A stretch of 64,000 nucleotides of DNA from Syntrophorhabdaceae bacterium (lineage in GTDB: Bacteria > Desulfobacterota > Syntrophorhabdia > Syntrophorhabdales > Syntrophorhabdaceae). Both the position numbers and the translations under genes were made by a program. Of the stretch, positions 29,097 through 39,333 are shown one piece after another (within the stretch, counting starts at the first letter, position 1; the number at the start of each line of letters is the position of its first letter). The stretch lies in NCBI GenBank assembly GCA_963666485.2, contig CAXXUO010000003.1, positions 320,001-384,000 of the forward strand, given 5' to 3'. The notes below the pieces were generated by a model, which saw only the letters and a list, made by a program, of their open reading frames with translations, made no database searches and was not told the origin of the DNA.

Positions 29097-29379
29097 ATCC
29101 GCCGTTCCGGTCCTGCGCTTTTGATTTTTCGGATACCCTGAGCTTCTTGCTCAGGGTATTCCTGTTTATACCGAGGAGGCGGGCAGCCTTGGATATATTG
29201 TTATCGGACAGCTTGAGGGCCGCCTGTATGAAGACATCCTCAACGTGTGAGAGCATTGTGAGGTATACGTCGTCGGAGTCGTTTACCTTTGATAACAATA
29301 TCTTTTCTGCTATAGTCTCAAGCCGGAGATGAAGAAGCGAATACAAGTCCGGAATAGTCTTATCCATGCTGGTTTCCAT
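29071..29379 (-). CDS. fis: Fis-family HTH protein
   Basis: NNISKAARLLGINRNTLSKKL; 26-bp convergent overlap with leuB. Confidence 0.75.
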   Translation of the reverse strand: METSMDKTIPDLYSLLHLRLETIAEKILLSKVNDSDDVYLTMLSHVEDVFIQAALKLSDNNISKAARLLGINRNTLSKKLRVSEKSKAQDRNGGSTQRRNAR

Positions 29380-29589
29380 AATAGTGAGCTGTTTATCAGG
29401 AATTTACTAAGGTATATTAGAGGAAATTTATGGGGTGGTGTCAATGATTATTGTGGAATATTTTCGGGCCGTGGGACGAAAGGGGAAAAGGCGTTTAAGA
29501 TCAATATATTAGGTAATTAAACCTCGGGGGGCTCACATCTGTAACTACTGATAATGGATATTATGTTAACTAATATCAGGGTACAAATA

Positions 29590-29613
29590 GAGGAGGACCC
29601 GCAGGTCCTCCTC
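29590..29613 (-). terminator. Hairpin downstream of pal
   Basis: GAGGAGGACC-CGCA-GGTCCTCCTC. Confidence 0.6.
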
Positions 29614-29634
29614 AGGGATCCCCCCCGTGCAACC

Positions 29635-30147
29635 TTATTGCATCGGCTGGAAATGGGCCCGCCTGTTCTTTGCCCATGCCTCCTCGGTGTGAGCCGGATC
29701 GAGAGGCCGTTCCTTTCCGTAACTGACCGTGTCGAGCAGTTTGCGATCGACACCGAGATTCACGAGATAGCTCTTCGCAGAATCGGCGCGGCGCTGTCCC
29801 AGGACGAGGTTATACTCGATAGTGCCCCTTTCGTCGCAATGACCCTCGATGCGAACTTTTTTACCGCGATTCTCAGGCGCCTGGAACCATTTCACATCTA
29901 CCTGCAGGATCTGCGCATCCTGCGGCCGGATATTGTACCTGTCGAAATCGAAGTGGATATCGGTCAGTGCAACTGCCTCCGGTGCGACAGCGACGGGTGT
30001 TTTCGCCTCCGGCGCGACCACTGCGGCCGGTGGTGCGGCGGGCGGCGGTGTCTCGCCCTTCATCTGCTGGTAGAAACAGCCGCATCCGCTGAGCGAGAGC
30101 ATTATCGCAAAAAACGCCAACACCATAGAAATATTAGTTCTTTTCAT
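29635..30147 (-). CDS. pal: Peptidoglycan-associated lipoprotein (OmpA-like domain)
   Basis: LSG-C lipobox; HFDFD, IEGHCDERGTIEYNLVLGQRRA, SYGKERP, NRRA. Confidence 0.92.
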   Translation of the reverse strand: MKRTNISMVLAFFAIMLSLSGCGCFYQQMKGETPPPAAPPAAVVAPEAKTPVAVAPEAVALTDIHFDFDRYNIRPQDAQILQVDVKWFQAPENRGKKVRIEGHCDERGTIEYNLVLGQRRADSAKSYLVNLGVDRKLLDTVSYGKERPLDPAHTEEAWAKNRRAHFQPMQ

Positions 30148-30379
30148 CTATTCGACCTCTGGTCATGAAGTTTTACGTTGCACATTCGCTTTCCGGCCCC
30201 TTACACAAGTGATGGTCAGAGCGCATCGGGCCTATAAGACCCGGGCACGGGACAGCGGCATATTTCATAATGATAGGACAAACACCCCATGCTGTCTGTC
30301 GCACAAAGCATCATTTCCCTGTCATACAAATATCAGAGGATGTGTCATCACCCGGGAGGACATATCACTCGCATCGCTA

Positions 30380-30407
30380 TTGACAAAAATACCCAATCGG
30401 ATATGAT
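30380..30407 (+). promoter_or_regulatory. Sigma70-like promoter
   Basis: TTGACA-N16-TATGAT. Confidence 0.55.
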
Positions 30408-30596
30408 AATTTTTGCAGGTGGCCTATCATCGACCCAAATATAAAAAAATCCTTCGAAATTCTCCGCATTGGTGAGAATTCCACGTTACAGGAGGCTGAA
30501 GGCGCATACCGGGCGCTGGCCCAGAAAGCATCCTGGAACGAGATCAAGGAACTGGACTGGGCGTTTAGCGCCCTCAAGGAATATTTCGCAACGGAA

Positions 30597-31787
30597 ATGC
30601 AACCCGCTCCGGCGCCGAACGCGGTGCCGCCCCCGCGGCCTGACGGATATACGCCGGGCGCCCCGGCATCATCCAATGCAAAGTTCTATATTATCGCAGG
30701 GCTCCTCTGTATCATTGTGGCCCTCGTGGCCGTTTTTGTCCTCAGAGGCGGAAGGTTTTTCAGATCGTCAGACATGGCAGATATTTCCCTGCTTGTGAAA
30801 ACTGTGAAGCCGGCCATCGTCACGATCCTGACGGAGGACACTCCTCGCGGTTCCGGGTTTCTCGTGAGCAAGGACGGGTATATCGTAACGAACGCCCATG
30901 TCATGCGCGAAAAAACGGGAAAAGCGGCTTTTTCCGATGGTTCTTCGGCAGATGTCAGCCTCGTTTTTGTCGACCCCGAAATGGACTTTGCCCTCCTCAA
31001 GGCAGCGGGTGGGCGTACCTATCCCTACCTTAATCTGGGCAATAGCGCGTCCTGTTCCGAGGGTGACACCGTTATCGCCGCGGGGACCCCTCTTTCCTTC
31101 GAGACGACCTTCACACGCGGCATTATAAGCGCGGTCAGACGGTCGTTCCCTGCGTATAAAGCCGCATTCATTCAGACCGATGCCGCGCTGAGCCCCGGAA
31201 ACAGCGGGGGCCCGCTTATAAACATGAAGGGGGATGTCATCGGGATCAACTCCCTGAAGATCTCGGGAGCATCCGTGGAGGGAATGGGCTTCGCCGTGTC
31301 GATCAACGATGTGAAAAGCCATATCCAGGCAAAGCAGCAGATGAGCGATGCCGACCTCACGCGCCAACTGGCGTACATGGAAAAAAAGATGGAGGAGATG
31401 AACCAGTGGCGTGACCCCGCAACGAAGAAGGTCAAGGATAAGATCGTAGAGGAACAGTGGGAGCAGGAGAGGCGCAGGAGAGAATTTTACAACCGCGTCG
31501 ACGAGGCGAACAGGGACCTCAACGCTCAGAAGGAAAGAGAGGAAAGAAAGATACATGAAGAAGGTGAGAAATACAGGGCCCAGATCAAGGAGAGCATGGA
31601 GTCCCGGCGCAAGGCCCTTTCCGATTGCCTTCAGAATGCCCAGGCATACTACATGAACTCGTGGAGCGAGTCATGCAGGTCGCTCAACCTGGAGGGACAG
31701 TGCAGGCTGCCCTCTTCCACCGCACAGATCCTGGAGCAGCGTCACATGCAATCGCGCAACGAATGCTTCCGCCTGTACCCCCAGTAG
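30597..31787 (+). CDS. Membrane-anchored trypsin-like (S1C) protease with coiled coil and Cx15Cx8Cx20C domain; true start may be upstream (ATC about 30429)
   Basis: GSGF, TNAHV, DFALL, QTDAALSPGNSGGP; no PDZ domain. Confidence 0.88.
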   Translation: MQPAPAPNAVPPPRPDGYTPGAPASSNAKFYIIAGLLCIIVALVAVFVLRGGRFFRSSDMADISLLVKTVKPAIVTILTEDTPRGSGFLVSKDGYIVTNAHVMREKTGKAAFSDGSSADVSLVFVDPEMDFALLKAAGGRTYPYLNLGNSASCSEGDTVIAAGTPLSFETTFTRGIISAVRRSFPAYKAAFIQTDAALSPGNSGGPLINMKGDVIGINSLKISGASVEGMGFAVSINDVKSHIQAKQQMSDADLTRQLAYMEKKMEEMNQWRDPATKKVKDKIVEEQWEQERRRREFYNRVDEANRDLNAQKEREERKIHEEGEKYRAQIKESMESRRKALSDCLQNAQAYYMNSWSESCRSLNLEGQCRLPSSTAQILEQRHMQSRNECFRLYPQ

Positions 31788-31873
31788 AGCCCGAAAGCAC
31801 AGCCGTGCAACTCAAACGGTCGCGGCCTATGGTTACCGGCCCTACCCCGGCACAACCGGTCACCAGTATTGGT

Positions 31874-32896
31874 TTACTTCATCATGGTCGTGCCGGTGCC
31901 CCGAAGCCAGGTTACCTGTTCTTTGACCCTTTCCGCCATGGCGATCTCGGCTTTTTCCAGGTACGAGCGGGGATCGTAGACCTTTTTATTGCCGACTTCT
32001 CCGTCCACCTTCAGCACCCCGTCGAAATTCTTGAACATGTGGTCGGCAATGGGCCGTGTGAACGCATACTGGGTGTCGGTATCAATGTTCATCTTCACGA
32101 CCCCGTAGTCAAGCGCCGCATGGATGTCGGCAATGTCCGACCCGGAACCGCCGTGAAAGACAAGGTAGAAACGGGCGGCGTCGCCGTATTTCTTCACGAC
32201 TGCTTCCTGGCAGTCCTTCAGGATGTCCGGTTTCAATTTCACGTGCCCGGGAGCGTACACGCCATGGACGTTCCCGAAGGTCGCCGCAAGGAGATAGCGT
32301 GCCCCGACGGCGTTAAGCCGCCTCGCCACTTCCAGGGTATCCTCGGGCGTCGTGTACAGTTTTGCCCCGGCACTCGCCTTGATACCGTCTTCCTCACCGC
32401 CGACGACCCCCGCTTCGATCTCGAGGATAAGGTCGCTCTTCTTGAACCGCTCGAGGAGCTTGACGGAAATGTCGAGGTTTTCGTTCAGGGGAAGAGCACT
32501 GCCGTCGAACATGTGCATGGTGAACAGGTTCGGTTTTCCTTCCGCGCGCCGCCTCTCGGTTTCCTCGACGAGCGGGATAACAAATTTATCGAGGTTCTGC
32601 GCCGTGCAATGGTCCGTGTTGAGGGCCACATATACAGGGTATCTCTCCGCTGCGCGGTGGACATGCTCGGCGACGGAGATCGCACCTAAGGCCATGTCCT
32701 TGACCGCCGAACCCGAGGCAAAGGCCGCCCCGCCCGTCGACAGCTGGATGATGCCGTCGCATTTGCTTTCGGCAAGGCCCTTTAAGACCGCATTGGCCGT
32801 GGTGAGCGATGTCACGTTGAAGGCGGGGTATGCGAAGCGGGCACTGCGCGCCCTCTCGAGCATCTCGCAAAAAACTTCATAACTGGCAACTGGCAT
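31874..32896 (-). CDS. fbaA: Class II fructose-bisphosphate aldolase
   Basis: TDHC, HMFDGS, GGEEDG, FGNVHGVY, VFHGGSGS, KMNIDTD. Confidence 0.96.
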   Translation of the reverse strand: MPVASYEVFCEMLERARSARFAYPAFNVTSLTTANAVLKGLAESKCDGIIQLSTGGAAFASGSAVKDMALGAISVAEHVHRAAERYPVYVALNTDHCTAQNLDKFVIPLVEETERRRAEGKPNLFTMHMFDGSALPLNENLDISVKLLERFKKSDLILEIEAGVVGGEEDGIKASAGAKLYTTPEDTLEVARRLNAVGARYLLAATFGNVHGVYAPGHVKLKPDILKDCQEAVVKKYGDAARFYLVFHGGSGSDIADIHAALDYGVVKMNIDTDTQYAFTRPIADHMFKNFDGVLKVDGEVGNKKVYDPRSYLEKAEIAMAERVKEQVTWLRGTGTTMMK

Positions 32897-32909
32897 GTGA
32901 TCCTCCTTT

Positions 32910-35021
32910 TTATGTCATTGATGAATTACGGGAAACACTGATAAGTGCAACGACTGAACGCGGATGGACCAGGTATGACGCATCGTCGATCGGGGGTGCC
33001 TCGGACCAGGCGCATATGTCATCGGGCGGGTCGAGAAATGTATCTATACATCTCTTCCACGGCTCGAACACGTTCCCGGCAGGCGGGATCTCGAACACAA
33101 GAGGCTCCCAGTAGGCATTGACGATGAGGTGCAGGCGGGACCTGTTCCCGGGACCGGACACGGTGGCCGAGACCACGTGGGAATCATGCCCGAAGTCGGG
33201 GTGATCGAGCTTCAGCCCGTGCCAGGTTACCGGCTGGTCCCGAAGAAGTTCGTTCAATGTGCTTTCGAACCGGTCTGACGGCAGATCGCGGCTCTGGCGC
33301 AGCGCTATGAGCATTTTCGTAAAACGGCGGACACCGGAATGTTTTTCCACGAGGTCCCAGTCGAACCAGCTGATCTCGTTGTCCTGGCAGTAGGCGTTGT
33401 TATTGCCTTTTTGGGTGCGCCGTACCTCATCGCCCATCAGCAGCATCGGCGTCCCGATCGAGAGAAGAGTGAGAGTGAGAAAGTTTTTCATCTGGCGCCG
33501 GCGCAGATGCTCGATCTCGCGGTCACTCGTCGGGCCCTCGTATCCGCAGTTCCAGCTGAGATTATCGTTGGAACCGTCCCGGCCGTCTTCACCGTTTGCC
33601 TCATTGTGCTTGACATTGTAGGTCACAAGGTCGTTTAACGTGAAGCCGTCATGGCAGGTAACGAAATTGATGCTCTGTTCGGGTTCCCGTTCCTTATGGC
33701 CATAGAGGTCCGGACTGCCGAGGACCCTCTGGGCTATGGCGCCCGCCCTGCCGCTGTCACCCTTGATAAAGGCCCGGACATCATCCCGGAACCGGCCGTT
33801 CCATTCCTTCCAGCTCTCACCGACAAAGCTCCCGACCTGGTAGAGGCCCGCTGCATCCCAGGCCTCGGCTATGAGTTTCACATTGGCGAGTATCGGGTCC
33901 GACTCGATGTCCCACAGGACGGGAGGGGTGGGCATGGGGTGGCCGCTCGCGTCACGCGAGAGGATCGATGCCAGGTCGAACCGAAACCCGTCGACGTGCA
34001 TCTCGGTAACCCAGTATCTGAGGCTGTCGAGTATCAGCCGCCTGCATATAGACTCGTTTGCGTTGAAGGTGTTCCCGCATCCCGTGAAGTTGCTATATAA
34101 TGCCTTGTCCTTTTCGAGCATGTAGTATGCCTCATTGGACAGGCCGCGGAAACAGAATGTCGGGCCGTCATGGCCGCCCTCCGCGGTATGGTTGTACACG
34201 ACATCGACAAGCACCTCTATCCCGGCGCGATGCAGCGCTTTGACCATATCCCGGAATTCGTCGAGTGCACCGAGCGGGTTGTGCCGCGAACTGTAGCCCG
34301 CGTGGGGGGCAAAGAATGAAACAGGGGAATACCCCCAGTAATTTGTCAAACCGTCAGGGCCGTCCTGCTCATCGAAGGCAAACACGGGCATGAGTTCCAC
34401 CGCGCTGATGCCGAGGTCTTTAAGATACGGGATCTTCTCGATCAATCCCGCATACGTTCCCCTTTTTTCGCCGGAGACACCCGAATTCGGGTTCCGCGTG
34501 AACCCTCCCACATGCAGTTCGTAAAGTATCGTTTCCGCGAACGGCCTTTTAAGCGGGGTATCTCCCTCCCAGTCGTAGGAGGACCGGTCCGTCACGATGC
34601 TTTTCATTGCCTGCGCGGCATTATCTCCCGGCTTGCATGCCGCCTCACGGCTGTAGGCTGCGGGCCGGGCGACACACCTCCCGTACGGGTCGAGCAACAC
34701 CTTGTCCGGGTCAAACCGCAGGCCGCGTTCCGGCTCGAAGGGGCCCCGTGCCCGGTACGCATAAACCTGTCCGGCCCTGATCCCCGGAACGAACTTATGC
34801 CAGTAACGGTACGTGCGGTTTTCCTGGCGGTCGAACTCGACCACACGTGACGGTTTCGGGTCATCCGCGTTATCGAAGAAAAGGAGCTCTATTGCACGGC
34901 TCCCCCTGGAAAAGACACTGAAATTGACGCCTTCGGGATACAGGGTTGCCCCCAGGGGAAAACTCCTGCCGGCGACGGGATGAGGTTCCATGACTCTTTT
35001 CGAGATCGGCGTGATCGTCAT
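32910..35021 (-). CDS. glgX: Glycogen debranching enzyme (isoamylase)
   Basis: NYWGY, DVVYNHT, DGFRFDLAS, AEAWD, CHDGFTL, GNNNAYCQDN. Confidence 0.96.
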   Translation of the reverse strand: MTITPISKRVMEPHPVAGRSFPLGATLYPEGVNFSVFSRGSRAIELLFFDNADDPKPSRVVEFDRQENRTYRYWHKFVPGIRAGQVYAYRARGPFEPERGLRFDPDKVLLDPYGRCVARPAAYSREAACKPGDNAAQAMKSIVTDRSSYDWEGDTPLKRPFAETILYELHVGGFTRNPNSGVSGEKRGTYAGLIEKIPYLKDLGISAVELMPVFAFDEQDGPDGLTNYWGYSPVSFFAPHAGYSSRHNPLGALDEFRDMVKALHRAGIEVLVDVVYNHTAEGGHDGPTFCFRGLSNEAYYMLEKDKALYSNFTGCGNTFNANESICRRLILDSLRYWVTEMHVDGFRFDLASILSRDASGHPMPTPPVLWDIESDPILANVKLIAEAWDAAGLYQVGSFVGESWKEWNGRFRDDVRAFIKGDSGRAGAIAQRVLGSPDLYGHKEREPEQSINFVTCHDGFTLNDLVTYNVKHNEANGEDGRDGSNDNLSWNCGYEGPTSDREIEHLRRRQMKNFLTLTLLSIGTPMLLMGDEVRRTQKGNNNAYCQDNEISWFDWDLVEKHSGVRRFTKMLIALRQSRDLPSDRFESTLNELLRDQPVTWHGLKLDHPDFGHDSHVVSATVSGPGNRSRLHLIVNAYWEPLVFEIPPAGNVFEPWKRCIDTFLDPPDDICAWSEAPPIDDASYLVHPRSVVALISVSRNSSMT

Positions 35022-35249
35022 TTTACGTCCTTGCAGCCTGTCAGTTAAGCACTCTCAATGAGGTGCGTGGTCCTCACATTCTTATTGTGCAGCATTCAGA
35101 TAATGCAGCGATGTCCAATTGTGTCGTCTTCGTGACCGTAGAGAGCAAAGCCCTGCAATTTCAATATTTATCGGTTTTCCCCCGGAAAAACAAGCGTAAA
35201 ATCATCAGGTGCATGTCCCGGTGAACGGGTGTTCGTATAGAACCGTACC

Positions 35250-36536
35250 TCAGTCGATTTCGGACGGCATTTCCCGGATTATGCCCATCTCGACATATAT
35301 CGGCCGGACAAGCTTGCGCAGCGCCGGGAGCCGCGTGAAGAAGATAACGGCCCCCGTGCAGCAGGAAAGGCCGCATATGACAAGTGTCGCCGGCGCCCCG
35401 AATGCATGGGCGAGGCTCCCGGCCAGCAGGCTGCCGAATGTCGCCATCCCCATGAATGCCATCGTGTAGAAGCTCATCATCCGCCCGCGCTTGTCTTCCT
35501 CGACGATGGTTTGAAGGATCGTGTTGCTCGATGCCATGTGGACGATCATGCCGAAGCCGGCGCCAAGCATCATGATGAGCGACAGGGCAAAATAGCGGGA
35601 CAGTCCAAAGATCACCATGCTTATGCCGAGAATAGAAGGTGCGATAACCAGAAGCCGCCCGAGGCCAAGTACCGATCTGCGCGATGCGAGGAAGATCGCC
35701 CCGATAAGCGCCCCGATCCCTGTCGCCCCCATGAGGAACCCTAATGCATACGGCCCGCCCTGGAGGATATCCCGCGCAAAGACCGGCATCAGGATGAGAT
35801 ATGACGTACCCGTGAGGCTTACGAGGCCGAGGAATACTATAATGCTCCGTATCGGCGGAAAACCGAACGTGTACCGGGCACCCTCGTTAAGCCCGTGAAG
35901 GAACGGCTGCCCGCCCCCTGTGCTGACACGCGGCCGGACATTCATGGACAAAAGGGCCATAACGATGGCTAAATAGCTCGTCGCGTTCACGAGAAAACAG
36001 ACGGCCTCGCCGAAAAGACCTATCAGGATACCGGCAAGGGACGGCCCCACGAGCCGCGCACCGTTGAACATGACCGAATTGAGGGCGATGGCGTTTCCCA
36101 GGTCGTCCCTGTTCTCAACGAGGTCGATGACGAAGGACTGCCTCACGGGGATATCGAGGGCGTTGACAAGGCCGAGGAAGGTACTGAGGACGATGAGGTG
36201 CCACACCGCGGCGTAGCCGGTCAGCGTGAGCGCGGCGAGTATGGCTGCCTGCACCATGGAGAGCGCCTGCGTAAGGACGAGCACCCGTCGCCGGTCGAAT
36301 CTGTCGGCAAGGACGCCGGCGACGGGGGAGAGGACAAACGTGGGCAGCTGGCCCGAGAACCCTATCAACCCGAGGAGGAATGCAGAGCCTGTGAGCCGGT
36401 AAACAAGCCAGCTCATCGCGATCTGCTGCATCCACGTCCCGATAAGGGATATCCCCTGCCCTCCGAAGAAAAGCCTGTAGTTCCGGTAGTGGAGGGCCCT
36501 GAGCAAGAATTTTATACTGCCGCCCTGATCTGGCAT
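35250..36536 (-). CDS. MFS transporter
   Basis: About 12 TM helices; GVLADRFDRRR motif A. Confidence 0.92.
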   Translation of the reverse strand: MPDQGGSIKFLLRALHYRNYRLFFGGQGISLIGTWMQQIAMSWLVYRLTGSAFLLGLIGFSGQLPTFVLSPVAGVLADRFDRRRVLVLTQALSMVQAAILAALTLTGYAAVWHLIVLSTFLGLVNALDIPVRQSFVIDLVENRDDLGNAIALNSVMFNGARLVGPSLAGILIGLFGEAVCFLVNATSYLAIVMALLSMNVRPRVSTGGGQPFLHGLNEGARYTFGFPPIRSIIVFLGLVSLTGTSYLILMPVFARDILQGGPYALGFLMGATGIGALIGAIFLASRRSVLGLGRLLVIAPSILGISMVIFGLSRYFALSLIMMLGAGFGMIVHMASSNTILQTIVEEDKRGRMMSFYTMAFMGMATFGSLLAGSLAHAFGAPATLVICGLSCCTGAVIFFTRLPALRKLVRPIYVEMGIIREMPSEID

Positions 36537-36544
36537 ATACCATC

Positions 36545-37162
36545 TTATACCCGGCTTTCATTCTGCCGGGAGAGATATTTCTCCTTCTTTCTGCGTTTAA
36601 AGAAGCTGAAGACAATAATACCCAGTATAAGCGCCGTTACAACAATTATGATTATGTGGTCGACTTTTGCGACATTTCTCTTCACTATTGCCAGACTATT
36701 GCCGGCAAAATATCCCAATCCTATCGTTATTGATATGGAAAAAATAGCCGAAATTGAATCAACGAGCAGGAATTTCAGGCGCGGGATGCCGACTGTTCCC
36801 GAGATGAGGAATATCGGGACCCTGAGGCCCGCCATGTGCCTGCCCGCAGCTATCATGAGAGAACCATAGCGGTAGAATTTCGCTTCGAGCCGGGAGATGG
36901 TATCAGCCGAGATCAGATAAGAAAATCTTCCGTGGTGTATGATGCCCTTCCCGTATTTTCTCCCGAGGCTATACAAAGTAAAATCAGCCATGATAACGGC
37001 AGAGTATATGACAGCTATCGCCGGGATGGGCCTGATCACATTCTGGGCGATGAGTACCCCGGCCATGATGAGCACGCCGTCTTCGGGAAAAGGGAACCCC
37101 AATCCCCCGAGGATCAGGATGCAGAAGATCCCGATATACGTGAAATGCTCTATGAGTGACAT
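36545..37162 (-). CDS. DedA family membrane protein
   Basis: GFPFPEDG, YSLGRKYG, GRHMAGLR. Confidence 0.88.
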   Translation of the reverse strand: MSLIEHFTYIGIFCILILGGLGFPFPEDGVLIMAGVLIAQNVIRPIPAIAVIYSAVIMADFTLYSLGRKYGKGIIHHGRFSYLISADTISRLEAKFYRYGSLMIAAGRHMAGLRVPIFLISGTVGIPRLKFLLVDSISAIFSISITIGLGYFAGNSLAIVKRNVAKVDHIIIIVVTALILGIIVFSFFKRRKKEKYLSRQNESRV

Positions 37163-37389
37163 TGCATCGGTCATTCGCCTCACCGGGAACACGGTGCCAT
37201 GCGGCATCGGATGGTATGCCCGTTGCTGGATCCCAGATTATAAGCATTTCGGGTCCAAACAGGAATATTCAGCCAGGGCTGAAGCCTGTCCCTCGTAAAT
37301 ACAGCATCATTACAGGATTGCACGATCGCGGCCGGCCCCTGAGCTTTACAATCCCTGATGACGAATTAGTTTATTATGGCGGGCAATGC

Positions 37390-39333
37390 ATGGAAAAAGA
37401 AGATAAAACCAAAAACCCGATCGACCGGTTCCAATCTGCATGGAAGCAGCGCAAGGCCGGACAGAAGAAAGATACTACACCGAAAAAAATAAATTTCACG
37501 CTCTGGTATTTCATTCTTGCCTTCATCCTTCTCATTTCGCTCCAGCATTACTTCTTCTCGCGGAACGTGGAGACGATAAAGTACAGCCAGTTCAAGAAAG
37601 AACTGTCGGCCGGCCATATCAGCAACGTGACCATCGGCAATGAGACCATCAACGGGACGCTGACACCCGGGGGTAAAAAGCCCGAGGAGTTTATCACTGT
37701 CAGGGTTGAGGACCCTGATCTCGTCAAAGAATTAAATGAAAGAAATATCGACTACTCCGGGCGCTATGAGAATACGTGGTTGAGCGGGATCCTGACATGG
37801 ATCATACCCATCGCCATTTTCCTCATCGTCTGGCGGCTTTTGCTCACCCGCGCGGGGCCGGGGGCCGGCCTGATGTCATTTTCGCGGTCCAAGGCCAGGC
37901 TGTCCGTGGAGGACGAGACGAAGGTAACGTTCACCGATGTTGCCGGGATTGACGAAGCGAAGCAGGAGTTGCAGGAAGTCGTCGAATTTCTTAAGAGCCC
38001 TGATAAATTCCAGAGGCTTGGCGGCCGCATCCCCAAAGGGGTGCTCCTCGTCGGCGCACCCGGGACGGGCAAGACGCTCCTTGCCAAGGCGGTGGCGGGC
38101 GAGGCAAAGGTGCCCTTCTTCAGTATAAGCGGCTCCGAATTTGTCGAGATGTTCGTCGGGGTGGGTGCATCGCGGGTGCGGGACCTGTTTTCCCAGGCCA
38201 CGGCCCAGGCACCCTGCATAATCTTCATAGACGAACTCGATGCCCTCGGGAAGGCACGGGGCATCAACATTTTCGGCGGCAACGATGAACGCGAGCAGAC
38301 GCTCAACCAGCTGCTCGTGGAAATGGACGGTTTTCAGACCAACAAAGGCGTGATCATCATGGCCGCGACCAACCGCCCGGAGATACTCGACCCGGCACTC
38401 CTTCGGCCCGGAAGGTTCGACCGCCAGGTCCTCATCGACCGGCCCGACATAAACGGCCGGGAGGCAATTTTGAAGATACATTCGCGTGATATCGTTCTCG
38501 GCCCCGAGGTAGACCTGAGGAAGATAGCGGCCCTGACTCCCGGTTTTGTCGGGGCTGATCTTGCCAACGTGATAAACGAGGCTGCGCTGATGGCTGCCCG
38601 GAAGAACAAGAATGCCGTCGGGACCGAGGAGTTCGAGGAAGCCGTCGACAGGATCATCGGCGGGCTGGAGAAGAAGAACCGGGTCATGAACCCGCGGGAA
38701 AAAGAGATCGTTGCATTTCATGAATCCGGTCATGCTATCGTGGCCGAATCGGTGAAATATGCGGACCCCGTTCACAAGATATCCATCATATCCCGCGGGA
38801 TCGCCGCCCTCGGTTACACCCAGCAGAGGCCGACAGAGGACCGTTACCTGATGACGCGGCCGGAGCTGCTCGACAGGCTGGCGGTCCTGGTGGCGGGACG
38901 CGTGGCCGAAGAGATCGTCTTCGGGGAGATATCGACAGGCGCCCAGAACGATCTGCAGAGGGCGACCGATATAGCGCGGTCCATGGTGACGGAATACGGT
39001 ATGAGCGATCGGTTGGGCCTCGCGACATACGAGCGGCGGACCAACCCCCTATTCCCTCCCGACAATTTCAATTCTCCCCGGACGTACAGCGAGGCAAGGG
39101 GTGCCCAGATCGATGAAGAGGTATCGCGGCTCATGGAAGAGGCGCATCACAGGGTCTACCAGATCCTGACAGAACGCAGAAAGCTGCTTGACGAACTCGC
39201 CCGCAAACTGTGCGAGGTCGAGATCGTACAGGGCGATGAACTGCGCCGGATGCTCGATGAATTTGGAAAGGAAAACGCCGCTATGAGTAAACTCGGAGAT
39301 GACAAGGAGGTACACCGTGAACCGCACGGATAA
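37390..39333 (+). CDS. ftsH: ATP-dependent zinc metalloprotease FtsH
   Basis: 2 TM helices, [29 protein letters not shown]. Confidence 0.96.
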   Translation: MEKEDKTKNPIDRFQSAWKQRKAGQKKDTTPKKINFTLWYFILAFILLISLQHYFFSRNVETIKYSQFKKELSAGHISNVTIGNETINGTLTPGGKKPEEFITVRVEDPDLVKELNERNIDYSGRYENTWLSGILTWIIPIAIFLIVWRLLLTRAGPGAGLMSFSRSKARLSVEDETKVTFTDVAGIDEAKQELQEVVEFLKSPDKFQRLGGRIPKGVLLVGAPGTGKTLLAKAVAGEAKVPFFSISGSEFVEMFVGVGASRVRDLFSQATAQAPCIIFIDELDALGKARGINIFGGNDEREQTLNQLLVEMDGFQTNKGVIIMAATNRPEILDPALLRPGRFDRQVLIDRPDINGREAILKIHSRDIVLGPEVDLRKIAALTPGFVGADLANVINEAALMAARKNKNAVGTEEFEEAVDRIIGGLEKKNRVMNPREKEIVAFHESGHAIVAESVKYADPVHKISIISRGIAALGYTQQRPTEDRYLMTRPELLDRLAVLVAGRVAEEIVFGEISTGAQNDLQRATDIARSMVTEYGMSDRLGLATYERRTNPLFPPDNFNSPRTYSEARGAQIDEEVSRLMEEAHHRVYQILTERRKLLDELARKLCEVEIVQGDELRRMLDEFGKENAAMSKLGDDKEVHREPHG

